DNA from: Ramazzottius varieornatus
Taxonomy: Eukaryota > Animalia > Tardigrada
DNA length: 64,000 nt
Direction of reading: 5' to 3'
Assembly (NCBI GenBank): GCA_001949185.1
Contig: BDGG01000007.1
Coordinates: 1,384,730 to 1,448,729 of the forward strand
Positions 35,501 to 50,755 of this stretch are shown piece after piece. A model generated the notes under the pieces. It was not told the DNA's origin, did no database searches, and worked only from the letters and a program-made list of their open reading frames with translations. Made by a program: the position numbers and the translations under genes. Position 1 is the first letter of the stretch. Every line of letters starts with the position of its first letter.

Positions 35501-36798
35501 GTGATAGATGACGCGTTCGACAGGGACGGAATGGGGAGTAGAAGCGAAAGCCATTTGCAAAATGTGCTGGAGAAAGCTTTGGAAGGCGTCGAAGAAGGGC
35601 CAGCGGGAAAGCACGCAGATAGACTTGCTGGAGTGGAATGTGTAGTTGGGTATGTCTTCGGCCGGGGTATCTTTGAGGAGATGGGCGACTTGGCCTTCGT
35701 CGAGCGAATCTTGCGGATATGGCTCGTAGAAAGACAAGGCTGCACCGTACAGCTTCTGGACCGACTTGATCTCTGAATTGTACACCTGAAATCCCAAACG
35801 AACAAAATGGGCAACAATCACAGAGAAATTCCGGAAAAGATGTCATACTTGATTATGGTTTCCCGAGACGGTCAGAACGAATTTGGCAAAGACCGGTCGC
35901 GGTGACGCCGTGTTCTTCGGCCAAGCTTCCAGCGAGGCTCCCATAGGCATAGCGAACAAGCTGACATCGAGCGGTAAAGGAATCGAGGAAAGATCTGCGG
36001 TCGGGTACCGAAAGAGTAAGCTGGGCTGGTACATGAGGAAGTTCCGCTTCACCACGGCCTTCTTGTAACAGAGAAAAACATCCGAACCCAGCAGGGCGTT
36101 GTTCAAATTTCTGTCTGCGATCTTCCAGAAAGTGTGGGGAGCTTTCTCGTCTTTGATCACGACACAAACGTCTGTCACGACCAGATCGTTTGGGGATAGG
36201 TATTCAGGGTTCGCTCGCTTGAAGACGATGTAGGTCTGACTGTTAGATCCATTATTCACGTTGGCGTTGTTTCCCGACGGCGTCGCGGTGATCTTCTCGC
36301 AGTTTGCTGTCAGATTATCCCTTCCTGAAAACCAGAAGACATTCAGTATGACGGCCGAGTTCTGGTACCGAGAAGAAAAGTCTAGATCAACGGCGAAAAT
36401 CATTCTTCGTGCGGCCTGTACGAACACCCCATTCGTATCCGTGCCAAAGACCCTGACGGAGACGCAGGGCTGTGCCCAAGATCCTTACCTTCAAAGTGAA
36501 CTCCAATATGGACCAGCGGTGGTTTATCTCTCCCCCGACGATAACACAAGAACAAACTGTGGCATCGAAAGCTTCCGAAATTTAGGTCAGCAACGTAGCC
36601 CGTGGGTGTAGATTCCACACAGGTATATCCGTCGGGAACAGGTTCATCCAGCGTACGATCTATCACAGCTAAGTCAGTAATGGGATCCTTGATGTCCTTA
36701 CGGACGAAGGCCTCGCTTTCGTCGGTGATCTTCAAGGGTGCCGCATTCTTTTCCAAACCGGCAACGATAAAATAATCCGCTCCCCATTGGTCGTCCAT
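29589..36798 (-). CDS. DENND4: DENN domain protein 4 (Crag/DENND4), multi-exon
   Basis: MABP N-terminus ([20 protein letters not shown]), uDENN/DENN ([14 protein letters not shown]), dDENN, PPR-like repeats ([16 protein letters not shown]) and C-terminal [13 protein letters not shown]. Confidence 0.95.
31710..32050. repeat. Palindromic repeat array (about four modules) in a DENND4 intron
   Basis: Successive TGGCGCA/TGC(G/A)CCACT cores ending at ~31775, ~31860, ~31928 and ~32008. Confidence 0.8.
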
Positions 36799-36869
36799 TT
36801 TGTCCTGTGAAAGTACAGTGGGAAATCGTCAGACAAACGTGGAAGATTAAGTTATACTGTTACTTACTT

Positions 36870-37600
36870 CACAGTAAAAGTTGCACTATCAGCATAAACT
36901 TATTGATCGTCTCCCACTTGTCAAAACACTCTTTCCGCTGGTCTCCATTCCGTCATCAACATAAAGACGCGATGAACCATTCATTATTCCCAGCGTAGTC
37001 ACATAATCCGAAGGATGATCACAGTTTAATTAGCCTGGTTTCTGCCAGGGCGCAGAGGCAGCCTCAAACTTCAAAGTAATTCGATATTAAAGTCGATCCC
37101 TTCAAAGTTCAAATCAAGAGTGATCAATCGGCATGACGATAGCGTGAACCCTTGATTGGTGCTTTACAAAATCACACCCTATCCACATCAAATGTGACGT
37201 CAGCGTGCAAAAAGGTGCGCGAAATGCGCCATAGACATGCGTACTTCTGGTACTTTACGGCGAAGCTGCTAAATCCAGCAGTGGACAAAACGTGAGAATG
37301 ATATCTGCAAAATGAACCGGCAGAATTATCTACCTCTGCTAATTAGTAATGAAGTCAAAAAATAGAGAACAGGTTTTGAAGTTTGAACACCTAATCCTAA
37401 TTAGTATTCACTTCCGGCATAAATAAGATAAATCTCAATTGCTCATGAGTGGAAGTGGAATTAGCCGAAGTGGATCTAGAAAGCAGAAACTGGAATCAGC
37501 TGTGGACCGGCTTGCGCCATAAAGCTGCGCAGCAGTCCCGCCAATAAAGCCCTAGAGCGCCAGGCTGTTTCCATTAACAACAGCCGAACTAGTCCAGGGT
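36870..37600. promoter_or_regulatory. Probable divergent promoter region between DENND4 and the vasculin-like gene
   Basis: Head-to-head gene arrangement; canonical CRE TGACGTCA at 37195-37202. Confidence 0.35.
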
Positions 37601-37991
37601 GACTTTGACGGATTGGTGTTTCCTGTCTTGCCATGTGCGATATCGGTGACACTGCGTATGTTGGACTGGAAGGTGCAGAAAGAATTCTGACGAAGGCGAC
37701 CAGCGCAGGTTTTGACGTACGAACCTGAAGAAAATTTCGCTCACTTGAGTTTCTCCTTGAAGAAGTTCTTCCGTGCTTGTAAACACCGTCTTTGTCTTCA
37801 CCTCTAAGTTCTTACTCAAGGTTATTACTCAATCCTCCTCATCCAGCTTTTAAATTGCTCAGCGTTGTCGGTGTGCTCTGGTCCAGGTGTTGAATTTGTG
37901 AGAAATCTACCGTCGCTGAAGACAATGATTTTGTAACAGTCTCTATTTCTCTTACCTCAGCCTTTGTGTCTCCATGTATTAAATCAAGTAA

Positions 37992-40236
37992 ATGACTGAT
38001 TCAAGCACGACCTCAAGGGACTTCGCCCCCTCTTGGCTTCGCTCCTCTAACCACAGTCCGACACCACCGGTAAGTTGATACGATGAAAGCATACGCCGAC
38101 AGGAAGAAATACGATATGGAATATCTCTTGATTACAGTTCAGGGCATTATCCAGTTCCGGTGCAGCGTCGCGCGACGATTGGGAGCGCTCAGGCTGCGAC
38201 AGGAAGCTTCCCGGCTCTGGCCGCTCACAATGGGGATCTGCTGCTAACGGTGATCATCAGTCAGAGAATTATTTCCAGTATAACGGAAGAATCTCGGACT
38301 ATCTGGATTCCCATCACGGTAAGTGCTATTTTAGACCAGTCTAGTTTGAATCTGATTGAGTGCATTGACGAAAGGCTGCCGGGCTTGTTTCTTTCGCTCA
38401 TCATACTAAACCAATCAGGTCAGAACGCTGACGGAAATTTGACCGGTGTAAATGGTTGATTGATTATGCGCTGTAATCTGGTTTTGATTGCCTAAACTTA
38501 GTTGAATTCGTTTCTTTCCTTCCAGGAGACTTCTTCCGGCGCTCGAACAGTATCGGTGTAAACCCTCATGGAAAACACAATACTTTGTTAAACCGGAATC
38601 ATAATAATGCCAACGGATATCACCACCCTCACGATATGTGGAACGATCGACCAAAGCACGACCACAATCACCACCGGAACGGCAACAGCCCTTTCGCCAA
38701 GGTACTGTCTTTCCGCCTCTTATCTTTGAAGCTTGTGGGATCTCATGTGGTTGTATTGCAGGGCTATGCGTCTCGGGACTCACACGCCAATTCTAATGGG
38801 ATCTCGTATAGTTTTGTAACGACGAAGGGCTTGAAGCCAGGCAGCGGAAGGAGCAGCGTCACTGGACCAACCAGTCCTCCTGCTTTGCAGCCTTCCGACT
38901 TCCCTTCGCTTTCCAGTATCAAGTCCGAACCGACCAAAAGCGCACAGAACACTGTCTGGGGTACGAAGAATATTCAGGAAATTATCCAACGTAATTGTAC
39001 CCCCCATATCCCTTATCAGTACTCCCCGAACTCAAAGTGCAGAAACTCATCTTGCTTTGTTTCTCAGGTAATCCGCCGCATTTGGCGAAAGTTATGAAAC
39101 GAAGTTTGTCCAGCCAGAACTATTTGGAAGGAGGAGGTGGCACCATTCTGGGGCCTCATTATGGCAAAGGTTTCTTTCAGGGAGATTTTCGTCGAGATCT
39201 GAAGGTACGGGAATAAATGGGACAGTGACAAATGACTTCATTCTTAGTGATTCTAGTCCTTGTTTGGTTTGCAGGATGAGCTTGACGCTTTAAACTCGGG
39301 ATCTGGAGACGGTATCGGTGTCGATGAATATGTATGTATCCCCTTTCAATGCAGGGCCGTGCTTTGTATGTTATACTTGAGGCAGGGCCGTGCCGTTCCA
39401 CTGTTTAAAGCGTTTTTCTGTTTATAGGCAAAGAGCGAGTTTACGAACGGTTCCACGGAAAGCGAAGATTTCGGGTCGCAGCACGAACATCAGGAGACTC
39501 TGACAGATGCACAGCATGACATGGAGAGCAATTCAATGCAACATGTTGACTGGACCATCAGCGAAGTGCCACGACGAGAACACCAGACGGTCGAGCCGAG
39601 CATGCTATCATCCACGGGCTCCACTGGCAGCGTCGAGTCTATCGATTCGCACCACTCTAACCTGTAAGAAGAGACATCCTTGAGCTTTCGTTCCTCCTTC
39701 GTTATAGGTTTACTCTTGGTCTTACCGGGATTTCGTTTTCAGGTCTGGAGGAGCGATGATGGTGGACGATCTACTGGAAGAAATGATTTCTGAAGAGGAA
39801 AAATCACGAGTCTTCCATGCACTTGAAGAGGTACTAAGCTTCTCGAACCGCTTGAAGATTTGATAGATTATGATTTCTTCAAACTTGAAACGAACGGAGA
39901 GAAAAGGTTTGGATTCGTTACTTTGGAATGCCGGCAAACGAAACGTATAGCATCGTGATTCCGAATGGTGCACGTTTCCTTTATGTTTGGCTGTCGGCGT
40001 GCGCTTCTTGATATGACGATTTTGTGCGTTTCGGCTTCCGACTTCTCGACTTTCATTCAATGCATGATGATTCGATGTTGCAGATTAAAGAACGAACAGG
40101 ATCGGTTTCGTACTACGAACGCGTGGCTCTGCGTCCGGACAGTGATGTCTCCCCGCAGAACCGTTTGAAGGGCTTCCCAGATGTGAAGGTTGAAGACGTG
40201 GATGAAGAAGATCCTGATGATCGTTTGCTGAAATGA
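37992..40236 (+). CDS. Vasculin/GPBP1-like protein, multi-exon
   Basis: First coding exon MTDSSTTSRDFAPSWLR (cf. vasculin HDFAPAWL); later DFPSL and VWG motifs; GT-AG introns; stop at 40236. Confidence 0.5.
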
Positions 40237-42453
40237 GCCAAGAGCACTGTTTTCTTCTCTGAATGTAGTTGATTCCGATAGAACCTAGAATGACTTTTGT
40301 ACTTCTGTTTGTCTTCGAATGAAACGCAAGGTTGGTGGTTGACCAGAAAACAGCTGTACATATTTAATTGGTATTCTGGCGCAGTTCGCTTCCTTCGAAT
40401 TTGATTTTGGCCGGCTGGGATAACAAACGATTGCTGCAAGAGACCTTTCTATATTTTTGTTGCTGACAGTATCTGTGTCGCTTGGATTTCGAGAAACTCC
40501 CAGGGAATGAAACAGTATCCTGAATGTGCTCGGCTGCTATTGTAACTTTGGTCCTCAGCACATGGACCGCTCCCGGTTGACAAAGGAGAGCTGTCAATCG
40601 TTCACTTTCTCGAAAGCGCACAACTTCCGGTGCGCCACTGTCCAAGAGTGCGGTGTTGATTGATGGTTTGTCGCGCTGGAACCCAAGATTACTCACTGCA
40701 CCACCACCTACGAGTTTTGACTTATTAATTCACGGATTTGCGATTTGCAAAATCAATTAGTTGTTCTTCACCAAGCTCGAAAAGGAATCACAGTAATCAT
40801 TCTTCAAGATTTCCTTGTTCGGTGAGACTTTTACTATAGTTACCCAGTACGGGTAGACATCTTTTAGCGTAACTCACTTCTGTAAATACCTGTGCATGCA
40901 CCTGTAGTGCGTAATTAAGAGGCCGGCAAACGAACCGCACCAAGCCGTATCTTTGGTGGCGCATGCTGCCGGCCATTTACAGTGATAACGTGCGCCACGC
41001 TGAATAACGATCTGTACTTTTCCTCTGCCCAAGTGGCGCCCCCTTCCAGTCATTAACAATGATAACGTGCACCACTTGAGACATCAATCCAGTACTTACG
41101 TTTCTTTCGGGCTTTTTTATTAGTAATTGTGATTCTTTCCAAACAGTTCGAACATCGGCACCATGACCGCATTGCCGTGGTTCATCACCTGGTACGGAAG
41201 CAGCATTCCGGAGTACGCTTCTTCTCTGATCGTCCGGCTGTGAGCTCTGTTCATGGCGTCAGTTCCACATTTGCCAGTGTAGGTCGGAGCTTCGGTCAGG
41301 CAAATTTCGAGTATTTTTTTCAGTCAAGCACTGTTGAGATTGGTGGAAAGGTTGCTCTGCAGATTGTTGTCAACGGTCGGAAGAGATTTTCCAGCTGCCT
41401 CCAGATCAGGCTGAAGCCTTCGGTAGCGTTGAGCAGCGACGGGCGGGAACTGCACAGCCAGCACACTCCTGCTTCCATTGCCACCGAAGCCGGCACCTAT
41501 TACTGAGCGAGACTTCATCGTCCGCGAAGTGAAGGTAGTTTGATGCAAGTCAGATCAGCGCGCAGGTCCGCTAGCATGGTTCCGTGGGCGGTTTCAGTTC
41601 TACGGTACTATTAGAGTCAGTTGGTTCTATTTACCTGTGATCCAATATACAGTATTTGAGTTTCAGGCTCTGTGGAGAACTTGCGATTTTGAAGCTTTTG
41701 TGTGATTGGGCTTCACGGGTTCTCAGCGTCGGCCCTTCTTCTGCGAAAGTTTTACGGGAAGCTCGAACAAGGTGGTGTCCAGCACGGCCCTGTTAACCCT
41801 TTTCGTAGAAAAGAGGCACACTGGTTTTCGTAATTTCGTAAAAGTGCTTTTAATGTTAGGTTTTTTTGGAATTCGGCCAGTTTTTCTCTCCCTCTCGATG
41901 TTCGAAATCTTCTGGAATGTTTTTTCGCAAGCCTCTAAGCCGTAAGCTCGTTATAGTCGTCTATGTGGAGGAGTTGTCCACCTTCGCAATCTTGAAATCT
42001 GCTCTTGATTTTGAACGGAGACTGATGCCCGAGGAGATGTTTCCATTATCACGGGCCAATTTTCTTGGTGAATGATTGGACTGTTCTTGTGTTGCGACAT
42101 TCGGAATGTTGGATTTTACTAGGTGAGTGCGAACTGTGCAGGGGTTTGGGGAGATCACGGATTGTGATTCTTGGATAGAGGAACCAAAACGAGAGCCGAT
42201 CATCCGAATCATCCGATCTCCGAGAAAATCCTGCTGACTGGAGCTCAATCGATGATCAACCGATGCGATCAGGCTGTTTGAACGAGCACACCTGTTTGTT
42301 CTTTCGCGTCTCATAGTAAAAGCATTATGGGGAAGATCGGATGATTATCTCGGGTGCCTGAGACTGGTAGTTTGCTTCGCCGAAATTCACGGATGATCTG
42401 CAAGTCAAGAGTTTTCTGGTTGCAGGTGACCTGCGATTTTTTCTGTGTGGAGG

Positions 42454-45400
42454 ATGTCTGTGTTCAAAAGTTTGCTCAACATCAACTTCAAGCTCGGCAA
42501 AGACGTCAAGCAGTCCATCTTGTCCTACGAGGATGCCATCAAGCGATGTAAGATTCTATTAAATTTTCCATTTCTCGATAGATAGTTTCCAGAAACATTG
42601 TGCTGAAAGATCAGTTTCCTGACCGGAAAGAAATGAATACAGATAAAGTTAGTTGTGGTATGTATGTGCATGACGTCTTTTGTGACGCATCTGCTCACTG
42701 ATGGTGCGCGCTGTTCATTATCTATTGGCAGTCCTAATTTGCACACATCGACGTCATTCACCTACACACAGCTGCTCGTGAATAAAATCTGATCGTGCTT
42801 TCTGTATTCTTTCAGTGCCCGACGCGGATGTAACCCGCCTGCGAAAGTCCTTTCGCAAAGATGCCTTGGGAGAGTATCTCGAGAAGCCCAAATTTATTCG
42901 GTACATCATGGGGGAGAACGTACCATCGAAGATCTCCGAAGCGCTGTACTTGGCTTTTGGAGGAACGTCCAAAGGCATAGTCTTCAAGGACTTGGTGGCT
43001 GGCTTGACATTGCTCGCCTGTGGTACACACGAGGAAAAGCTGGACTTTCTCTACCATCTATGCGCTGGAGGGGCTCCGACGATGCCGTTAACTGATCTCT
43101 TAGCCATGATCAAGATTTGGGAAGACGGACGCATTCCCGAGCATGTCCTGCGAGCCTTTGGCACTGCGGAGCTCATCACAGCCGAACAGTTTCGCGGATG
43201 GATCTCTCAGTACTCGAAGAGCATGGCCTTAACCCGTAAGAAAAATTTTCGCCCATTATTCTCTGATCTGTTGTAGAAATTTACCTTTTTCAACCAAAAT
43301 ATAACGACTTCCGTTTCTGGGCACGGCCTTGTTCAGAGGACACAGCTGTTCATTGTTCAGTACTTTATCAAGGTCGTGCTGAGTGCCTGAGCTCGATGGT
43401 CGATTGACGGCAGTCTTGATTTGGTAGGATGGCTGCTGGACAGACCTTCGTCGGAAAGACCTCTTCCTCCTTCTTCTCCTACTTCTCCTCGCTCGTCCAT
43501 ATCCTCTCTTGGACCTGTTCTGGTAGTTGACCCGAACATAGTGGAAGTTCCGACCTTTTACCAGACGTTGTCTGGTGTGACGCATCTGAACGAGGGGGAG
43601 ATCCATCAGTTGCAGCGAATGTACATGACGCTCAAGAACAACGGTCGTTTCGACTTGTCCCTCTTTGCAAGCCTCGTCTGTCCGCCGATACCGTCCGCTG
43701 TTGTCATAAACCTTTTTCAGGTACATACAAGAATCGCTTCGCATCATGGAACAGCAAACTTGGATCTTGGAAGAATGGAAAAAATCTGGACGAGATTTTT
43801 AACAGGTCAAGTCAGGGCCGTGCTGATACACAAAAAGTTTTCCTTTCCAGGTTTTCGACGAGAATGGTGATGGGCACGTCGATCTGAAGGAATTCATCTG
43901 CGCCATTTCAGCCTGCGCTAGAGGGCCGCAACCCGATCGTGAGAAGTTCTGCTTCAAGATTTTCGATGTCAAGCGAAGAAGAGCGTTGAATTTGGAAGAG
44001 CTGTCCAACATGCTAAAAATCCTGCTTTCGATCGACGAGAACGAAGTATGCAAAGGCTGTCAACTTTTTTGGAATTTCTTCATTGTTTTGTTTTTTACTT
44101 CTTCAGGCAAAGTACAGGGAAGCCGATGTAAGGAAGATGGCGCAGGAAGTCATGCAGAAGTATGCGCAAGATGGGCAGAGGGAGTTTCTGACGGATGGCG
44201 ACTACACGCTGTGGTGCCAGGAGGAAACAAGACGAGAGAACACAGAACGAAGGCCGGCCACTGTCACCAAGTTTATGAGGCTCCTCTTCCAGATGTGCCA
44301 CATCGTTTTCGGGCTCAGACCCTACGATCCGAAGAAGCCCAACAGCCACGAAGACGAACTGGTCTGTGTCATCGAATGGCTACAACGAGACAGTCAAAGG
44401 TAATTACATTATCTTCCAATAATTCTCTCTTGCAGTGTTTCGAAAGGGTACTCTTACAGGATGAAAGCTCCTGGAGACGTGTACTATATCGTTAACATGG
44501 ACTGGTGGCGGGTCTGGCGTCGCTACATGGAAGATGGTGTCGCGCCCTCGGAGAGTACCAGCCAGGACTCTCTACCTGCTCCTGACTCCACCCCGACTTC
44601 CTCGCGCAAGCGCTCCACTGGCATCTTCTCGGAGATCGTCAGCCGCCTTCCCTCTACGCATTCCCGACAGAACTCCCGCTCGAGTACCCCACTGTCCCGC
44701 TCCTCTTCCACTATGTCCATTCCACAGGTACTACCAAACTATTTCCAATGGATATACTCGCAGTCAAATCTTAAGCTTTTCCAAGTGGCGCACTCTAGCC
44801 GTCAGTGACACGTCAAACGTGCCGCACTTGGGAAAACATTCTTGCCGAGTTTGTGTACCGATCGTTCAAATGTTTTCAAGGCCGATGGTAACCCACTTTA
44901 TCTTAGCAGGCTGTGAAAGAGCCCGGCCCGATCGACAACCGTCCACTTCTGCAGTCGGACAGTCTTCGTAACCAGACCATTACGGCGGAAGGTGGTGTGC
45001 TGAAGAAAAAGTCCGATGGGTCACAGTTGAAGGAGAATGAGCATTTCATCCTGGTGTGTGAAGCTGTCTGGAGAACTTTGAAGCATTGGTATGGCACGGC
45101 GGAGAAGTCTCCCGACTTGCCGCGACAGTGTGTCATGTTCGACAATGGGCAAGTGGACGTGGACGTCTTCCCCATCAGTGTCCGCCTTCTCAAACACACG
45201 GTTAGAAAGTTACAAAATCGATCTGAAAATAAGTGGAAGCTTGGCGCACAAACTAGATTAGATCGTTTTTGCAAGTGGCGCACATTCTTCATGTTGGTGA
45301 ATGGAAGAGTGCGCGACTCGGGAACTCGTTTTGGGTTTTAAATTATAATATTATTAATATTACAGTAATATGTTTTATGACAATGGTTGTTTCTTCTTTA

Positions 45401-48400
45401 GCAAGTGGAAAATACGCCGAGGACGTACGGCTCACAGTACGCAGCCTACGGTGGAATGGTTCCCGGTGCAGCTTACAGCTACCCGTCCTCCGCGTCAACC
45501 TTCCAGACTGAACGAACCTTTTTCGCCACAGCTTGCTTCAGCGCTCACACCTCCTTCTACGACGTCCACGAGACCATCGCCAGGTACTACAGCAGCCATT
45601 CCAGACAATACTCCTTGGACGACATCCGCTTGTGGATCTACGTCGAAGAAAACAACATGACGCTCATCGACGACGAAAGCTACAAACTGAAACAGCTCAA
45701 CGTCAAAGACAACGACAAGATTCTCGTCGAGGTAAGTGCAGCTTTCCCAAGTGGCGCACATTTCCGCGTTATTGGCTTGAAGCATCCGCCACTCAGAAAT
45801 GTAGCAGGCTATGGCGCACTCTTCCAGCTGATGAAACGGCAGTCGTACGCCACTTGAGTAAACAATCCAGTTGGGCTTGTTTGACAAGCCTTCAAATGGT
45901 AATTTAAGCTGGGTCTTCTTTGCAGTTTCGAAACAAGGATCTGACATGGCCCGAAGAATTGAGCTCGCTGTCGGGCTCTCACGTCAAGAAGACCAGCCTG
46001 AACCGTTCCAACAGCATCAGCCGAGACGACGGAACCTACGAGAAGGGTTGCTGCGGGTTGAACAACCTGGGCAACACCTGCTTCATGAACTCGGCTGTGC
46101 AGTGTGTTAGCTACAGCCGACCGCTCACCCACTACTTCCAGACTCAGAGGTTCATCTCCGAGCTGAACAGGCGGAATCCCATCGGCTATGGCGGGGCCAT
46201 TGCCGAGAGGTACGCCGAGCTGATCAATCAGCTGTGGAGTGGCAAGTACCGAACAGTGGCACCGCTGAAGCTGCGGCAGTTGATCGGTAAGCACCGACCG
46301 GTCTTCACGGGATACCAACAGCATGATTCCCAGGAAGTCCTGGCCTTCCTTCTGGATGGTCTCCATGAAGACCTGAATAGGGTACATGAGAAACCGTATG
46401 TGGAACTCAATGACTCTGAAGGACGAGTTGACGAGGTGAGATTTCTTTCCGTCCTCCACCTGCATACACGGAATCGTAGGGTCTACAGGGGTCGTTGTAC
46501 GCAGATGGTTGATTCGAGAACGTGGGCTGTTGTCTGCCGCCGTTGACGTCGTCTGTTTGCAGGTGGTTGCGCAAGAAGCATGGGATAACCATCTCAGGAG
46601 GAATCAAAGCATCGTGGTGGATCTCTTTCATGGGTTGTTGAGGTCAAGGGTGAAGTGTTTGACGTGCAGCAATGCCAGTGTTCGCTTCGATCCTTTCAGC
46701 GTCTTGTCGCTTCCTTTGCCGCTGGACAACCTCCTGCTGGTCGAACCTCCTCTCATACGGTAAGTTGGGTCGTGTATGTTGATGCCTTGGAGTTGACCGG
46801 CAGTACCGATAAGCCGGCATTACCAATAAGCCCTCTGTTGGAATGGGCGATCTTTCATGAACCTACATACTTCCGGCTGGTACCACTCGTACGGGCTGAT
46901 GTATACAGGTCTGCTAAAAGCTGTTTTCTTCTTGGTTTTCCATTCGAAATGGAACATTCTTGACACTTTTAGGTGCGATGGTCAGACTCCAAGGAAGTTC
47001 GGCCTACGTGTCGATCCCGATTCGACGTACGAGGCCTTGGTGGAGAAGTATGCCCAGATAGCCGGTCTAGCCTCCAGCGACCTCGTTCCCATCGAGATCA
47101 CACCTGGTCGAGGTGTGATCAGGCGTTACGTTGCTCAAGAAGAGAAGGTTCAGAGACCGGACGCCAACGGTATGCTGAGCAGCGACATCGCCCGAATATG
47201 GATGTACCAAGTACCCTTACTCAGCGCGGCTGAACTCGAGGACAGATCGCCGTCGAGCATGGAAGCAGCTGCGAGGAACGATCGCTGGATCATGGCAATC
47301 CACCGACGAATGGTAAACCGATTTCTGTTCTTAGCATAAAGCCCCAATAACAAAAAACGCAAGAATTGTGTTGAAAGTAAGACTTGGGAAAATCTGGGGG
47401 GAATAATAATCATGTTTGAGTTCAACAGGCGAAGTCGGCCAGATCGTTTTCCTAAGTGGCGCACTCGTCTTGCTAGAATTACCGTCAGCGTGCGCCATTA
47501 GACAAATTTAATTTGATCGACTTTGTTTCCCCATATCCCGTTTCTATTATGGGGAAAAAATTCTTAAGCAAGAATCAAAGACGAAAGTAAAGCTGATGAA
47601 AAACATCGTAAAAGTCGATTATGTTTTTTTCTGAGGTGTGGAATGGAGTAGATAAACTGATGAATGGTGGTGAAGGTTTTTGTTCTTGCAGTCGCCCAAA
47701 GAGAATTTCTACCTATCCTGGTCCAAGTCTTTGCCTGTAACCTTTGGTATCCCTGTGATGGTGGCCTGTGATAAGTCGACCAGGTGTCGGCAGTTGTACG
47801 AGAGAGTGTGGATACAGGTGAAGAGGTTTGTCAGAGGACAGGACTTGAAGGATGGGGAGAACGCCAACCATGCTCAAGAAGGGTACGTGCAGAAGACTTT
47901 ACTCTTCAAAGACTTTACTCTTCAAAGACATTCCTGTTGTTTGTTATGCCGTGGTTTATGTAGGGCGATTCCGCAGACGGGATACCCGTTCAAGCTGCTG
48001 CTGGTCAAAGAGGACGGTTTGTGGTGCTCGAAATGTCCATGGACGCAGTTTTGTCGAGGCTGCGAACTGAAGGTTTCCGACGAGCTCTTCGAATATGCCT
48101 CAACGACAATCTGTATTGATTGGGAACCCTCCTTCTACCATCTGCGATACCAAGAGACCAAAGAATTCGTAAGTGAAAACGGATGTCAGATCCACCAAGA
48201 AATTATCAGCTTAACGAACAAACTCGACCAGATCGTTTTTCCAGTGACGCACGTTGCTAGCCCATAACGCTGAAGCCGTGCGCCACTTGGTAAAAATGTC
48301 TGGTCGGATCAGCTTGCCGAGCTCCCAATTAGTTTCCAAGTTGAATTATGTTCTTGTTACAGTCGTACGAGGAAGACACCAGTGTTCGTCGAGCTCACAC

Positions 48401-50108
48401 CGAACACACAGAGCCCATTTCGCTGGAGAGCTGCCTCAAGGCCTTCACCCACGAGGAAGAACTGGGACCCGACGCACTGTACCAGTGCGGCAAGTGCCAG
48501 AAGCAACAGCTGGCTTCAAAAAGAATCCAACTGTGGAAACTTCCACCTGCACTGGTAACTCATTCGACGTAAAAAGTTTTCTTCACCGGAATTTAGCATA
48601 TTTTCAGTCAAATTAGAAAGGACCGTTTCTATTTCAGCTTGTTGATTACGAGCCGTTTTTTCGCCAGTTTCTACGGACAGTTCAGGGAGTTCCCTTACAT
48701 TTTGTGACAAATTCTTCAAAATTTGGGTTTTTTCTTCAGGTTGTCCATTTTAAGCGGTTTCAGAAGGTGCGCGACTACTGGGTAAAGTCGCCCAAGATAG
48801 TCACCTTCCCGCTGTCCAACATGGACCTGTCCTCGTATGTGGCAGCCGCCACCATGATCTCCCCCATGACACCAGCCGAGGAAGCTGCCCTTGCTGTGCC
48901 ACTTCCACTCCCGCTTTCCAGCGAACAGCTGACCAACGGAGGGACTACAGAGTACCCGGACATGAATACATCGGACTACGGAACGGTGGACGAGGAGAGC
49001 GAGTCGCAACGGACGGGGGAAGGGGATGGTCGGGACGCCAAAAGAACCAGCTGTGGTGGCGGCAGTGGCGGCTCGCAGTGGACCTCGACACCCAGTGATG
49101 GCGATGCGTCCTCCGCGTCGCAGTGTGATTCGTTGCCGGATCTCAGTGAATCGTTGGATAGCCAGAAGATGGGAAGGGTGGAGGGCGAGGAGTACAAATA
49201 CGACTTGTACGCCATTTGTGTAAGTGCCAAAAATTATACCAGTAGAAAATTCTAAAAGTAGGGTAATCGAAATCCAGTAAGGGTTCTCGTCCGAGTGGTG
49301 CGCTTTTTCAGTCGATAACAATAGAAACGTGCGCCACTTTGAAAAGTAGTCAAGATGGACAGAATCTTTTTTTCCAAGTGGCGCATGCCGCCAGCCACTA
49401 ACACAGCAAAATTGCACCGCTTTGGCAAAGAATCATACTTGACAGAATTATTTTCCCCATGTGGCGCACGCCTGCAGCCAGTGGTAGTGAAACCGTGCGC
49501 CACTTATGGGATTAATCTTGACGCTTTTGTTTGCCGAGTTTCCAAATCGTACAGTGCTTGAGAATATTATCGAAACTGGAATTTGAAAATTAGCTTTGGT
49601 ATGTTATAAAAAGGTATAACAAGGGGATATGAAGTTGGGAAGGTTATAAATTGACGCAATCCGAATGTTTACGATTGATGCTGAATTTGCTTTCTGGATG
49701 CTTTAGTGTCACAGTGGATCACTGGCGACTGGTCACTACGTGGCCTACTGCAAGAACCCCAACGGGAAATGGTACCTGTTTAACGACAGCAGCTGCAAGG
49801 TAAGTCCTCGATGAAGTTTCACGGTGAAGTGGAACTCGAGTTTTTGAATGTGGTTTTAGGAAGTATTGGAGAAGCACATCGATACCTCAACAGCCTACAT
49901 GCTCTTCTACGAGCGGAAAGGCCTGGACTACAACGCCTTCCTTCCCGACTCGGGCACCACCTCCAGTGCGGAAAGTGCACCGGAGAGTGCCACACGAACG
50001 CCCAACATGGAGGCCCGCATGAACGGCGGAATGGTGACCAACGAGGCGCTGGCCGCCATTGACAAGATGGACCCTGAAGAACGAAGTAAATATTGTAGCA
50101 TACAATGA
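42454..50108 (+). CDS. USP32: Ubiquitin-specific protease 32, multi-exon
   Basis: [10 protein letters not shown]-terminus, EF-hands ([14 protein letters not shown]), DUSP, Cys box [20 protein letters not shown], His box [13 protein letters not shown] and C-terminal CAAX-like YCSIQ*. Confidence 0.95.
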
Positions 50109-50755
50109 GCAAGAGCTTTCCCTTGTGTTTCTGTAATGGTCTGATAAATCGTGGTGAATGAGATTTTACTTTCATGTGGTGATGGAGCGTAGGGACTTTT
50201 TGGAAAGATATTCTGACCGGCACGGCGTTGCCGGCGCTCGTTTGGTTCTATGTGAGTTTTTTTAGATATTTCTTCTTGACACGCTCTGTGATCTGTACCA
50301 AATGTTATTAATTTAATACTGATCTTTTGTGACATCCATCTGTTAATGCTAGCTGATAAACGCCCTGTTCGAAGACTAGGAAGAAAGGCAGGAACCATCA
50401 AACGTTTGCGAACACCGAAAACTATATTGCTGCTGCGATAAGACGTATTCAGTTTGTCAGAAGAAACGTCTACAGTAAAGTATACGGAAGCGAAATCATG
50501 TGTATCGAAGAAATTGTTTTTGATGGTAGGGAAAACGGTGGTCAGAGGCTCTTGACCAGGGACAAACGAAGCCCTTCTCCGGGACGGCAAGCGGGGCCGC
50601 AGGTATCTTTCTCTTGTCCACTGCGCGAAGCAGGTAACAGGCGATGACGGAAATGGACATCTTGTCCAGACTTGCAACGTACTGTACTCCATCCACTTGT
50701 GCACATTAAATTCGGGAAGCTCGTCCAAATAATCAATCCTGTTAAAATAAACAAA

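Noticed and set aside
40364-42320. Short ORFs between the vasculin-like gene and USP32
   Set aside because: No coherent exon chain or motif could be supported.
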